The notes beneath the pieces were generated by a model. That model worked only from the letters and a program-made list of their open reading frames with translations, made no database searches and was not told where the DNA came from. From NCBI GenBank assembly GCA_030704615.1, contig CM060732.1, positions 76,198,001 through 76,262,000 on the forward strand: 64,000 bases of DNA, in the 5' to 3' direction. A program made the position numbers and the translations under genes. Below are positions 36,001-49,396 of the stretch, one piece after another (the stretch's first letter is position 1; each line of letters starts with the position of its first letter). Source of the stretch: Takakia lepidozioides. Its lineage: Eukaryota > Plantae > Bryophyta.

Positions 36001-39000
36001 AGAGGAGATGGAATCGACTGAAGATCAGATGTTTGCCAAACTTCAGGTAAGAACAGCGATACCAGAAACCCCCTGAGTGTATAACCTAGGATGAACACAC
36101 TCTACAGCTGGCTTAGGATATATTGGTGATGCCATTTGACCTTTGGTGGCTTGTCACTACCAAACACGCCGTTAATCTTTTTGGTATCCTTGTTATTTTG
36201 TTCTTGCTTCTTTTTCTTTCTATCTTCTTTTTTCTGCTGTTTGTGTCTGGTTTTCTCTACTGAAAACCCCTGTATAACTGTATTTCAGATCTTCTCAGTA
36301 CTTCTTTTTTGGTTACCTTTAATTGTAAGTATGGAGACATCTCAATACTTCTTAAGGATATATTGGTGACATTCTTAGCAGGTTGGTCGTCTGCTACCTG
36401 AATGTTGAAATGACAATTTTATATCCTCAGCAGGAGAGAATTGTAATACAATGAAAGAAGAAAGCATGGTAAAGGGATACCCACATTGTAAAAAAGGGGT
36501 GACCCTTTGGAGAACTCTTATTTCTGCTGACCAGGACAGGGTCATCCATCCCTGTCCATTCTTTCTTTCTCTGGTAAAGAAGATATAGTCAAATATCATG
36601 TAGGATATTTCAAACAGATTGCAAGATCCTTGCTTTAGGTTGTTGAAGCTTTCAAACTGTGATAAAGTCTAAATTGCTGGCACAACCAGGTAATCCAAGC
36701 TGTAAGTTACTGTTTGGCATGGATGCAGGTCTTGTTTGAGAAGTTAGGCCCTGCTCAAAGGGAGGCTTTTCTGGACATAGCCGTTTTCTTCCAAGATTGG
36801 GACTGGAGGATGGTGGAGCGAATAGTTGGGAAGCCACAGCTGGACACATTGGTTGACCAGGCCCTTGTCAATTCCAAACTGCGAGACACAGACAGCGTCT
36901 CAGGCATTGCCCAGCTGACACGTTATTCTGAGCAACCATGGAAGACAGACATGGTGATGATGCATGATCTGCTGAACGCAATTGCCTGTAGGCGTGCCCA
37001 AGGAAACCGTGTGCTGTCTGAGGATCAAGCCCATTTGCCAGATCGGCTCTTAATGGACACCCCTGGCAATGTAAGCAGTTCAATACTTGACAAGGAGTTC
37101 TGAAGTATTGTATTAGTAAACCTAGTGGTCCTCTCGTGTCACACAATGTCATCAATTTCATCATTCTAGTGCTCATTGTACATAGCAGGCCAGAAATTAC
37201 TTTGAACTGCAAGATAAATCCCAACGGTCAGTTCTACACACGATTTAAAAAAAAGAGTTTTGGCATCCATTGTAAGCATTACCAAGTATACAGATTATTG
37301 ATGATTATTGCATTGTTATACTTACGGACAATCAAAAGGTCAAAAGCTCACAAAGTCTCAAGGAACACATTACTGATTGTTTGGAATATGCAAAGTCTTG
37401 CTTCTGTATGTTGTGTGTACACTCGATTTGGAGATGGAGTCCTCCAGATGGGAGCGGTCCGTGTATGCCACTTCCAAGTTCAGGCTATGTCCTTTATAAG
37501 AGATTGGAAAGTTCTTGGCTTGCTACAGGAACTAAGCCTTATCCAGGGGCTATCCCTGATAAGCTGCAAAGAAGCCTTGCACGGCACAATGCTCGAGAAA
37601 ATGCAAGGCGTACGAGTTCTCATCCTCCATGACACACACATGCGTGGCTCCTGCACAAAGCCCTTGAACCAGCTCCAGTTCCTTTACTGGGGGCGGAGCC
37701 AGGTTGCCCAAGATGTGCGCTTGCCCTTTCAATTGGGAAGACTGCGGAATCTGGAGATGTTGATCCTTCGCGCCAATGAGATGGACCTTTCTATTAAGGT
37801 ACTCCTGTTTTTTAATCCTAACACATGTTCCACAACCGTAAAAATTTATAGACTGTAGTGAGTCTCTGGGACAACGCACCTTTTTTGAACGTGATGCTCT
37901 TTGTGGAAATTTGGGTTAAGAGTCACAAAGTGGTTCCAAAGTTGTTTCTTATGTTGACCACAGGAAGCAATGCTACTTGAGTCAGGATGATGCATTTTGA
38001 TGTTCCTTGATATATAAATACATGCTCAGTTTTCATTGCGATAAGATTCTTGATATGTTCCTTCTGAAGTATAAGTGAATTGGTCATGCAGTTTCCACCG
38101 CAGCTTAAGGATCTGACCCTGATAGGGTGTAACAACATGGAGGAGTTGCCAGAGACTGTGCTCCTGCTGACAGGCTTGCTGGAACTGCACCTCAATAGCT
38201 GCAGCAGGCTGCAAGACTTAACACACTTACTTGGCAACTTGAAGATGCTCCAGCGGCTTCGCCTGGAGAACTGTCTTAGCATTCGACAACTGCCAAAGTC
38301 AATAGGGCAGCTTGTTAGTGTGCGTGAGATGGACCTCTCAGGTTGCACAAACATCACCACTCTTCCTTCAGAGATGGGAAGTCTTCAAGCCATGCGGAAG
38401 CTCAACCTCACTCGGTGCAAATGCCTGGTGCGGTTGCCCCCAGAGATTGGTTCACTGCGAAACATGACCCACCTCTGCCTTGCACAATGTGGCATCACCA
38501 CGTTGCCAGCAGAAATTGGGCAACTTTGTGCCCTTCAGGATTTCTCATTGTCGGGCTGTATTAGGGTGGAGAAACTACCGAAAGAAATTGGACTCCTATG
38601 TACTTTGCTCCGGCTGAACCTGAGCTCTTGCACAAACCTCAAAGAGTTGCCCCGGGAGATTGGCAATTTGGGCTCACTGCAGAAGCTTTCTCTCAACTCA
38701 TGCTGTTCTTTGTCCCGGCTGCCCAATGAACTTTTTGAGCTGGACACACTGCAAGCCCTTGACCTCGACTACTGCAAGCTGCTGGCACACCTGCCGGCAG
38801 AGATTGGGAATCTGCGTTGCTTGCAGCGATTGTCCCTGAATTGCTGCACCAGGCTGAACCGACTCCCACTCGAAGTCCGGAGCCTGCCCTCTTTGCAGGT
38901 ACTCAACCTTGTGGGTTGCACAGGGCTGAAGCCAGACCAGGCAAAACTGATTCAGAACATGACCAAGGAGCACTCTGTGTATGTATATAGGGAGGATGAT

Positions 39001-39060
39001 GCAGTCATTCTGGAGGGACCCAAGAACCCAAGCTTCAAGCTGTACAGCATGACTTACTGA
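33027..39060 (+). CDS. NLR immune receptor (helical N-terminal domain, NB-ARC, LRR), 6 exons, ~1110 aa
   Basis: Exons 33027-33485, 33826-34142, 35071-36046, 36729-37070, 37529-37798 and 38092-39060; GT-AG introns keep the frame. P-loop GQAGLGKTT, Walker B IAIDNL, GLPMAL, FLDIAVFF, MHD, and regular 24-aa LRRs. Confidence 0.92.
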
Positions 39061-40439
39061 TTCTACTCATTCAAGGGAAAGTCGGTATGAGAGGCACATC
39101 CCTTGCTCACTTGGTGCTGAGACATCTGCAAGTGACATCTTCAGAGACCCGCAAAGCTGTGACATACGCGAGTTTCTAAATACAAGAAGCATTCAAGCTT
39201 GCCCAGTTTCTTTGGAGTTTACCTAAGCTAGTTGGAAACCAGTTCTTGAAATCTGAGAGGACCTGTCTTTGACATTACATTTTGAGGTCATTGTTGTAAT
39301 GATGTAAAAGTGGCTGCACCCCCACAAGACTAGGAAGACCTTGTGAATTCCTGCAGACAGTCACATCACTGCGGATTTGGCAGATAAAATGGTTGTTACA
39401 TCGATGTCATCGTTTCCTAAGATTGGGGCACATTTTGGAGCCTTCATTGGTTCGATCAATGCGCAAGACCATGACGTGCTTGATCTCTAGAGTGTGGATA
39501 ATGATTAATAGCTTTCGAAGCTCAAAGATAGGGGGGTCCCATGCATTGTTGTGATGAAGCCTTGCGGCAAGCATTCCCCCCTCTTAAAGTTATTTATTTA
39601 TTTATAAGCTTGCTACTCTTGACAACTCCTTTATTTAAGTTGTCAAGTAAATTTTACTATAGTCTGAATTTAACTGAATATATTTGATTATTTAATTTTA
39701 ACACCTGAAATTAACTAAGTATTGTTAAGATTTAAACTTGACACCTGGAACATCTTCTCCTCACCCTAGTCAATAGTGTAGCTCCTCTCTCTAAACGACA
39801 TCTAAAATCTTTCTAAATCGTAGAGTGGGTCCTCAAGTTTCACCAAAGTAGGTGAGCGTTGCTGAGCTCAAGTAGAGCCATGATCTTGCATTGGTCAGCT
39901 TGGTCTTGGTCTTGGTGAAGCAGCCTGCACCCAATTAGCACTGTAATCCGGAGACTGCCTGGCTTGAAATTCACAATCATCCACATTTGAATAGATTGTT
40001 AGTCTAAATATTAGTTCTAATCTCCCGACTCTGTCATTCCAACTCCTTTATGCTGGGATGGCCGGCAGCTCCTTTCTGCTGCGATACTTGAAGTGTCTTC
40101 ATAAATTGTAAGCATTTCAAGGTTCAGATTGTCAACGCAAATCTAGTTCTAAATTCAGTTGAGATTAAGATTAAGCTTGCTTATAATTCGGGGTTGAGGG
40201 AAGGGAAGGAACGCAGTTCAACGTCCAATAAGTACATGAAAATGTGGACATCGACAAAGTTTGGGAACGTCGTTAGATAGAAATGCTTGTGCACACCCGA
40301 ATATTGAATTTCTCTGTTTATGTCTAGATGCATTTCAAGCTTACAGATATGAGTTGAAACTGTTGAGAGCTCTAGACAAGTTGCCCATCGGCCCCAGGGG
40401 CTCCTGTCCAGAATTGACATATACACGTTAGGATTGTGT

Positions 40440-40872
40440 GGCTGCTCAGGTCAATCACACCTGGAACAGCGCCGGCATGAGTTCTTTAAAGATCCTTCGT
40501 TATTATGGTGGGACAAAATTGCTCAGGTCCTACTTTCTTCATGTTTCTCTGTTATGCAAAAGTGGCTGTTCCTATCAGAATCATAATCTACCTAACCAGG
40601 CAAATGCATTACAAGGGTTTTTCACAACTTGGTCTTTGGAGGCCTGCTGTGTAGTTTGAACGTATGGAGCTGCATACAACTGCAATATGGTGGTGCTTAC
40701 AGATTAATCCAAGATCACTGTCCAGACTACAGACATAAGCATCGCACACAAGAGGTCATTAGGATAGAGGGTTGGTTGAACCCTCCTAGGCTTGTTTAGT
40801 TCTTCATGGTGGTGCCGAGTGATTTAAACATGCTAACCACTAGAAGGGACAACAGGCCAATTACAACAGAGA
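40440..40872 (+). repeat. Dispersed duplicate, inverted relative to ~47560-47900
   Basis: ggaacagcgccggcatgagttct...cagacataagcatcg and gggacaacaggccaattaca are reverse complements of ~47560-47900. Confidence 0.8.
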
Positions 40873-42258
40873 TGTTGAAAATGAAAATGCTGATTACAAT
40901 ACTCACTCCAAATTTGCAGAGTTACAGTAAGCTATCAAGAATCTCTCAAGTAGTACACATGCTAGCTTTCAGACAATTCACGATGCTCACATTCCTTTAG
41001 AGAGAGCGATCTCCACACTCTGGACTCAACTACAACTAGCATACGTGAAAAACAAAACGCACTCAGAATTAGTGCTCAAGAAGCTAAGTCACTACAAGCG
41101 GGAAATATAAGGTTCAAACTGCAGTCGTGGAACGTGATGCCAGCAAGGATTGATAGATGTCACTGTAACATCCTAGTTGGCATAGAAAGCTAAACTACAA
41201 TAACCGGCAATGGTCCATCTAATGACGGACTGGATCTTCAAATTCAACACTCCCACTCAGTCCGACATTGTCTGCTTGCCTGCTTCAATGGTTGTGCTTT
41301 GCATAGAGAGATTGCTGAAGGATGCAATCCAAGCATGGAGCGAAAACGAAAGACCCGTCTGGGCCAAGAGTCTTCGTAAAAATATCAGCGATCAGGTTGT
41401 TGGTTTGCACATACTGAATTTCAATTTCTCCCTTTGCTTGGTTCTCGCGAATGACATGGTATTGGACGTGGATGTGCTTCGTTCGACGATGGTACTCCGG
41501 ATTGTGAACCAATCTGATGCAGCTCTGATTATCACTGTGAAGTGGGGTGGGTGTCTTTTGTGGGTGACCAATGGACTCCATGAGCCTACGTGACCAAATA
41601 ATTTCTCTGATGTGAGCGGCAACATATTCCGATTCAGTTGTCGATCTAGCTGTGCATGCTTGCTTTCGACTGCTCCAAAATGATAGCTCCATGATTCAAC
41701 ATAATGACACATCCCGATCTGGATTTTCTATCGTCTACATCACCAGCATAATCTGCATCGCAGAATCCTCTGAGCACATTTGTGTCTTCTTTTCCATCGT
41801 AGGTCAAAACAAAAGCAGATGTTCCCTTCAAGTACTTCATGATCCGTTTCACCGCATTGCAATGCACAGGTCTGTGTCTTGATGCGTATTTTGCCACTGC
41901 ATATGATATGTCAGGACGACTACCGATGCTTGCAAACATTAGACTTCCAACCATTTCCTGATATGGAAATTGGTGATCCGTTAGGCTCTCTTTTGCCTCG
42001 CTCTCTGTGTCACCCGAAAGAGAGTAAAAATTCATCGGGTCAGCAGGGGTGGTCACAACCACTACGTTTTCAAAACCATACTTCATTATCATCTTCTCAA
42101 TATAGACTTGCTGATCGATCCATATGGTCCTGATTTGCCGATCTCTTTTAATCTTCAAACCAACATAACAGGTTGCTTCTCCCACTTTGGTTTCAAATTC
42201 CTTGGTCATGTATTCAAACATGTTGTCAAGCCGTGCTTGCTTGACACAATAGGCTAGG
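40873..42258 (-). mobile_element. Ty1/Copia 3' fragment: end of RT, RNase H, PPT and 3' LTR
   Basis: GFCDADYAGDVDDRKSRSG; ARSTTESEY; DNQSCI...RTKHI; ADIFTK. PPT reverse complement ctcccact at 41250; LTR tgttgaa...ttcaaca at 40873-41249. Confidence 0.92.
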
Positions 42259-43570
42259 TGTTAGGTGCCTATGGAGCCCGGATTGGAACAGCAGACCAAC
42301 CCATCAGAAAAGAACGTAACCGCTGAACCTGACGGGGCTGATCTTTACGGACACCTGCAGGTGACAAGAACTGGGCAAGCTGGTGGTTTCAAGAATCTAG
42401 GGATTTGTGAAGAAGAGGAGGCAGTGCACGACAAGAAAAAGTATGGTTGCAGCGCGGGCTTTTGGAGCATGCCTGAATTGAGATGAAGGACAGATGATTT
42501 GAAGAGAGGGCCTGAGATCTGAAAAGGATGTGTGATTGTGCATAGAGGAGATGAGAGTATAGCATGGTGTGGCGGTTGGGTGGACCGGAGGAGTAATCCG
42601 GTACTTTGCTGTCAGGAATAGATAAGGTAGAGAGGAGTTGTAGGGTTTCGTGCTGACTGAAATCAGAAGTAATACCTTCTCTACCTAGAGTGTACAGGTT
42701 GTGAATAGAGTTCTGGTCGGGTTTACACTGAGCTTGAACTGACTGGAAACCCTATGGAAGTGAGCAGAGGAGTGCGTTGATTTTCCCTGTTGAAATAATC
42801 AAGTGGACAGCTCCTTCCTTTGAGCTTTTGGAATGAGATCAATTGTACGTGGCTTCAAGGTATAGAAATTGAGAACTGGTTGGACAGAACTGGTGCTTTG
42901 GTTGAAATAAAGATAGAGCAGTGATAAGTGGTATCAGAGCCAGATTCAGCGATCGGGGAGAGCAGATCGTGGAATTTTGGAATTTCCAAAAGTAAGGAAA
43001 ACGAGTGAATGAGCCAAATCTCGTTCGGCTCTGTGAGCACACACCCTTGTGACTACGAGCAGGATAGTGAAATGGCATGAGAGCGTGAGCGCTCCGATGC
43101 AGCCAGCCTACACCGAACTTCAGATCGTGAGCGCGGGAGTCAATTATTTTCACAGCAGCAGATGGAGGCCCTAGGCACTTTAATTCGATCTGAGATGCAA
43201 AAATTGGCCCCTGCACAAACTCAGACTGAAAAGCGATCGGGGGAGGTAGCTGTGAGTGAGCCACTTAATGAGGGTGAATCCAAGGCCGACTCCCATGAGG
43301 CCAAGATGAAACGAATCAAGGACGTCACTAGGGAAATAAGATGATTGGTGAAATTGCCAGAATTTTATGGTAAGCCATCTGTCAAGCCTGAGGAAATATT
43401 GTTTTTCCTGGATACATTAGAAGAGTTCTTTGAGGACAATTATTCAGAGGAAGCCAAGATACAGACAGCTGCTTTGCAGCTCAAGCTATGGTGGTCGCGC
43501 CAGAAGCCGGAACGCCGTGAACACAAGAAACCACCACTTGGGCTATGTTTAAGACACTGCTCTTAGCCCA
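42259..43570 (+). mobile_element. Ty3/Gypsy 5' fragment (LTR, PBS, partial gag) inserted at the Copia break
   Basis: Starts tgttagg at 42259; PBS tggtatcagagc at 42929-42940; gag-like VKLPEFYGK...EEAKIQTAALQL..WW with a stop. Confidence 0.75.
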
Positions 43571-44790
43571 GAAAGAGAGAGAAGACTCCGGCCGAAGCCG
43601 GCGTAACTAAGAGCCACTTCGCCTTGCGGCTACTGCCTCCTTTCGGGGGTGGGCCCTATAAAAGGAAATGTGTCATATGGGACACCAATTGACAGTAGAA
43701 AGTAGGGGAGTCTGTGTACCCCTAGGTACCCAAGGGATACCCTGGGGGACCTATGGTGCATTTGAAGTGCCGGATTCCAATTGGCGTTTGTTGGTGATAA
43801 TAGCTGTGAGTGAATGGAGTGCCGTGAGGTGAATTGCTTTGAAACATTTGTGGATGGGAAGAGTGGGAATATTGAAGTTATCATGTATGTCATTGATACT
43901 CGTGATATGAATGTCGCCTCGAGTACCGGCGGTGATGACGGTTAATGGGCCAGTTTTCCAGCCATACTGTCGGATTGCAAAGATAAGCAGGGCATACTTT
44001 TGACGTTTTTCTAAAATCGAATCATTGGGCTAGCGATCGTGACAAAATGTGAATTCAATGAAATGGATGGTGAATTGTGGGGATGATGAGGTGGGGGATA
44101 GGGTGTTAATAGGTATGCCTTTACAATGAGTATGTCCGGGCAAAGCCTGGCAGGGCATGAGCATGGTGATCGGGTACATATGCATGGTAGCAGCTAGGGT
44201 GGCACGGCGTGGTCGGGTGGCCGACCTTGGTAGGTGCCAGCGTTTATAAGCGAGAACCATCTGGTTTCAGCATGGTTTAGAAAGAGCTTATGGTTGCCTT
44301 GTAGATTGATAAGGCGCGTACTTCTCAGTGTTTCAATAGTGTTGGATAGCTTCTTCATAACTTATTGGCTACTCTGTAAGCTATGAGCAAGCAGTGAAAT
44401 CAGTATTTCCAAGAGTCATGAGCTTCTGATTGATCCAGGCCGTCTGTTGATTGGTCCGGGAGGTTGCTGCTCAGACATTACCTCTAGCTTCTTTAATCTC
44501 CTTCTCCTGAATCTTTTGTGCTCCTTTTCCAAATCTTTAATTATTGCATTCAGGTTGATTGTCTCCACAAATATGTAGTAAAGACTTAGAAATACGCATT
44601 CATATTTATAGAGGACTCATGACCTTAGTACATGGGTTTCCTTGTAAAAGTATAATTGTGTCGTCATGTCAATCATTGTTTCTTTTATATGCTCAAGAAG
44701 TTATCATCTTCTTCAAACCTCAACTTGTATGGATCTTGTTTCATGACTGAAATGACTATCAAGGGTGGTGGAAACTTGTGCAGTGCTACA

Positions 44791-45424
44791 ATGGAATCTG
44801 TCATCAAAATGATCGTGATGGTGGCCGCAGCAATGCTACTGCTGCTGCCTGCAGGGGCTACTGCAGCAACGTGGATAGTGGGTGGTCGCGTAGGTTGGAC
44901 CAACCCACCCGGTAGTGACTACAGTGATTTCTACTCAATTTGGTCCAACAGCATCCACTTCAAAGTGGGAGACACTCTCGGTAAGCCCTCATCTGCACAT
45001 GCTTTACATGCATGGACGCCCATGGTAAATTGATGACCAGCTATAATAAAAGAACTTATAGTTGAAGGACCATCAACTTTTAGTATCATTTGTTCATGTA
45101 GTATGTCTACAGGTGCGCAACAGTGCTTATATTACGTTGCTTCTAGAATATTCCTAAACTGAGATTTACTTGGGCTGTTTGGTGGATATGTGTTTGTGGT
45201 TAGTCTTCAATTATGCCACCGGGGCCCACAATGTTCTCGAGGTCATCGGGGCAGACTACTCGGGGTGCAATGCTGCTTTTCCCTTGGCTACCTACACCAG
45301 GTCTCCAACCACTGTGACTCTTTCTAAAGCAGGCACATTCTATTTCATCAGTGGAGCACCCGGCGATTGTGAAAGTGGGGCCATGAAACTGGAGGTGAAT
45401 GCATATAACATCCCTGGAGTTTGA
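44791..45424 (+). CDS. Secreted phytocyanin / early nodulin-like (ENODL-type) protein, 2 exons, ~136 aa
   Basis: Signal peptide; WIVGGRVGW; FKVGDTL-intron-VFNY; HNVLEV; FYFISGAPGDCESGAMKL. Exons 44791-44980 and 45204-45424. Confidence 0.9.
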
Positions 45425-48275
45425 ACATGTTATATGTTTGGATAGAACATGAAGAGCACTTGTTCTATGCAAACATGCAGGAAAATGGAGCAGGAGGCCG
45501 CGTGAGGAGATGCGAGCTGGCTAATTGGAGACGGAGTACTATATCATTGTTCAGTCTTAATTAATCATGGGACGTGTGAGTTCTATCGAGACCTCCGTTA
45601 AAAATGCAGGCAAATAAGTTCCTATCGAATGACATGTGCTAGGGTATTGAATTTTGTGATGTATACCACTTGTCATAAGTATTTGAATAAATTGTACTGC
45701 ATTCTTTAGTGTGATCTTCGGGTATATTCAGTGAGTACTACAGATCTAGATCAACTGGTATGTATGCATAACATTTTTGCAGCCTTTGAATTTAAACATC
45801 TTCAAACTAATAGCCTCAACATGCAGGAATTTTTATATCCCCTTCGAACAGACATTGAATGCAGTCTCATGGTCTGGTTATGCCCTTTCGCATGTTGATT
45901 CTTGGTAGGTACGCAGGTGATAGATCATAGCTACGTATGTGATACATGTAACTTTCAACATTCTGTCCACCCGCCCAGTAGTACTGATTGCCAAGGGGTT
46001 ACCGGCCAATGGGAGGAATTGTTGGAAGAAATTATGAAACCGGAGGACATTTTCCATCTGAGCAGTGGATAGCACCGTATAATTCAGCTCCGCCTACAAC
46101 CCTGGACAGCCTGCGCCTACAACCTTGGACAGTCTGCGCCTATAGCAGATATGATGGCCGTGAGAATGATTAGAAATGCAGATCTCCTCGATCAGTCTCG
46201 TACGAGGGAAGACTAGCGAGCCTTTAATTTGTTGAATCTCATGAAGAACTACTTAAGGACTCTGCTCATCAGCACCCTGCACATGATCTAGATAATTTAA
46301 CTTCAACTGAAGTACTTGTACAACTTATAAAGTAGGCTTAAATTTTTTTTTAAACTGTATTCGTGGAGCCATTGTTCACTTTTAACGAATACAATGTTTA
46401 GTGTTAAAAATTTAATTTGAAGTTCTTTGTTTGTTTGAACAAGTACTCCATCTTGTGGAACATCTCTTGTGAATTCTAGAGTCCAAGATTCTTTCTTGCC
46501 AGCGATAGTACATCCTTCTGAAAGGAATTTCTTGGAAGGAGATAAGGACGCAGGCCTCCAATTTAATTCATGTACATATATCTTCTTCTTTAATCATACC
46601 TTGGGCCGCACTTGGAAGCATCTGTCCAGATGTCCGAGTGCGAACTTCTTCAGTTGCAGATGCTCAATTGCACGGGTACTTGGGCGAGTTGCTTTGGCAG
46701 TAGATTCAGCCCATTTGGTTTCGTCTAGCTCGAGATCAGGGCTGCTCCCCCTCATTTGTACTCTGGTAAATTGGATGTCCAGTAGTAATTTAATAGTGGT
46801 GTCTCTTTCCGCTAATTAATTAACATTTAAAACAAAACAAGATTCCCCGTTGAATATGTACGTGTATGTATGAAGCTTCAATTGAAACAAGATTGGGCAC
46901 TCACTTGTTCCCGGAATGAAATTATGAATGCTGGAATAGTGCAAATTTTGCACTTCTGTGTGTGCCAAAATGGATATTGGAAGATGTGTTGCTCTAGATA
47001 AGACTCAACCTAACATATCAAGATTGAAGCATGTAGTAAAATCATGTATGTGGACCTTCTGGACGCAAAGACTTATGTACACAGAAGCTCCAGACATGAG
47101 TTCGCAACATTTGATATAAGTAAACATTTTTCCATAGAGCAGGCCAGAAGATTAAATTAATATGCTAGCTAGATTGGGAGATAAAGAATTATAACTCACA
47201 TGTGAAGATCTTGCACCTGACTTCAAAGTACTCCTGCCCAAGCCAGTGTAAATAAGCTGCGCCACTTCGTTTGCGACTGCCCCCTGTCATGGGGCGGCCT
47301 ACATATAGCTCTATGTATCTGACATACTTCGCACTAGATTTGGCATTAGGTGGGAGGAACAAAGCTCTTTTTGTTATGACTGCAGGAAGAGACAATATGG
47401 CCAGACGTCACCCAGCTTAGCCTCTTCCATATCCAGATTTATCCAGCTAACCCCCTTACCTACTTACCACAGGATTAGATTCATTCACATCCACCTTTCC
47501 GCCTCGATTGTCCCACCTTTGACTGTGTTTGAAACATATTCCTTCCAAAGCTTCTCCTTCTCTCTGGTGTAATTGGCCTGTTGTCCCATCCAGTGCTTAG
47601 CCGATGCTTATGTCTGTAGTCTGGACAGTGATATTGAATATTAATCTGTAAGCACCACCATGCAGTTGTGCAGCTCCATACGTTCAAACGCAGCCTCCAA
47701 AGACCAAGTTGTAGACACTCGGAAAAACCCTTGTAATGCATTTGCCTGCTTAGGTAGATTATGATTTCGACAGGAACAGCCACTCAGAACAGGGAAACAT
47801 GAAGAAAGCAGGACCTGAGCAATTGTCCCACCATAACGGAGGATCTTTAGAGAACTCATGCCGGCGCTGTTCCATGTTCCATGAGTGACCTGAGCAGTTA
47901 CACAGTTGATCTAACCAAGCCACAGCCATCAACCCTCCGAAGTACCTTGCAAACTCCACGGAAATGTTCCTATTTCTGCCTGCGTAGGAATAATAACCGA
48001 GACATGACACTGAGACATGGCGGTATGAGTCTGAGGTCGAGGACTGGCCACGTCACCGACATGGACGGCCACATATGACGTGGGATTGGGCAAGGCTCAG
48101 TGTTGCGCCGTCAAGTCATTATAGCCTTTCTTCCAGCCAGTCTGTTCCTCCCAGCTGGGTCCTGTGGAACGCTTAGAGATTGAGCAAGCATTTCCTTACT
48201 GCATTCTCTCGGAGGGCTGTGAATTTCGTCTCCAATTTAGATTAGTAATTTGTTGAGATTGTGGGTTAGCGTGCA

Positions 48276-49396
48276 ATGGATCCGAGACTGTGGAAGATGC
48301 TACCGGAGGAGCTGCTGCCTCGTGTAATATCTAAGTTGCCGCTATTAGATCTGCTGCGGATGCATTGCCTGTCCAAGAAATGGAACACACTCATACTTTC
48401 GCAGAGCTGGGGACCAAAGTCCCCACAAGCGCCGCCTTCATCGGACAAGGCTTTTCTGGTTTGGTTTTCCTGCTTGAATGACCGAAAAGTTCTTGTGGCG
48501 TACAATCCCAAACAGCAAGCATGGCACAAGTTCGATCTCATTTTTCGTATCCTGGGATGCCGAATATCGTATGGTGGCTGCAGCAGGAGGATTGGTTTGC
48601 CTGATGCAAGAGAGAAAGCTCCAGCAGTCTGAGCCGCACCGTGTAACTCACGGTGCTTAATCCGTTCAGAAGGTCATGGCGGAAGTTGCCTCCTTTGAAA
48701 TGTGGGTGGCCCCTCCTCCAGGTAGCGATGTGCTATGATAGAAAACTCAACATCTTTAAAGTTCTTGCCACATCGGGCGAATCTAAGACGATGGATGTGC
48801 TTGAGCATGCCACGCAGATCTTTGACTCGTTCTTAGATTCCTGGAGATCGACCTCGATCTCTAGAGTAATTCCCGATTTGTTCGCTTCTGGCGTCCACTG
48901 TAATGGAGGTATGTATTTCCTGAACGAGGTTACCTGGAACATATTGGTTTCCTACGATTTTTCTCAAGACATTTGGAATGAGTTCTTCGTACCTGTATAT
49001 TCTGATGATGCTCACATCAATGCGACTCTTATTGTACGGAAATGGCGGTTTTTTCAGGTCAGTGCAGATCGTCTGGGGTTGCCGGGTTATGTTGACTTCT
49101 GTCGTCTCTGGACAAAGAAACAGAAGTGGGTGCACGTGAAAAGAACAATGCTCGAAGGATTTATTGAGATCCTTCTGAACTGTTCTTTTGGTTATCAAAG
49201 CTTCAATCGTGCATGTGTGGGGCAAGGAGATAATGTCTATTTGGTAGGCTTCCAAGACGGTGTTGTTTCTGGGTTGGTATATGACTTCGACAAGAACTCT
49301 TGGTAGGAGCTCCGCAATCTTACCATACTTGGATTGGAGTAAATTTTTTGTGTTTGAGCCCTCGTTCAGTGACTCAGTCTGGCCAGGAAAGCCTAG
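48276..49396 (+). pseudogene. F-box (kelch/FBA-type) gene with two frameshifts and a probable premature stop
   Basis: F-box LPEELLPRVISKLP...SKKWN; VAAAGGLVC; LNPFRRSWRKLPP; VYDFDKNSW*EL. The pieces lie in three ORFs. Confidence 0.85.

Noticed and set aside
21734-42258. The two Copia fragments as one element
   Set aside because: They are on opposite strands and have dissimilar LTR sequences.
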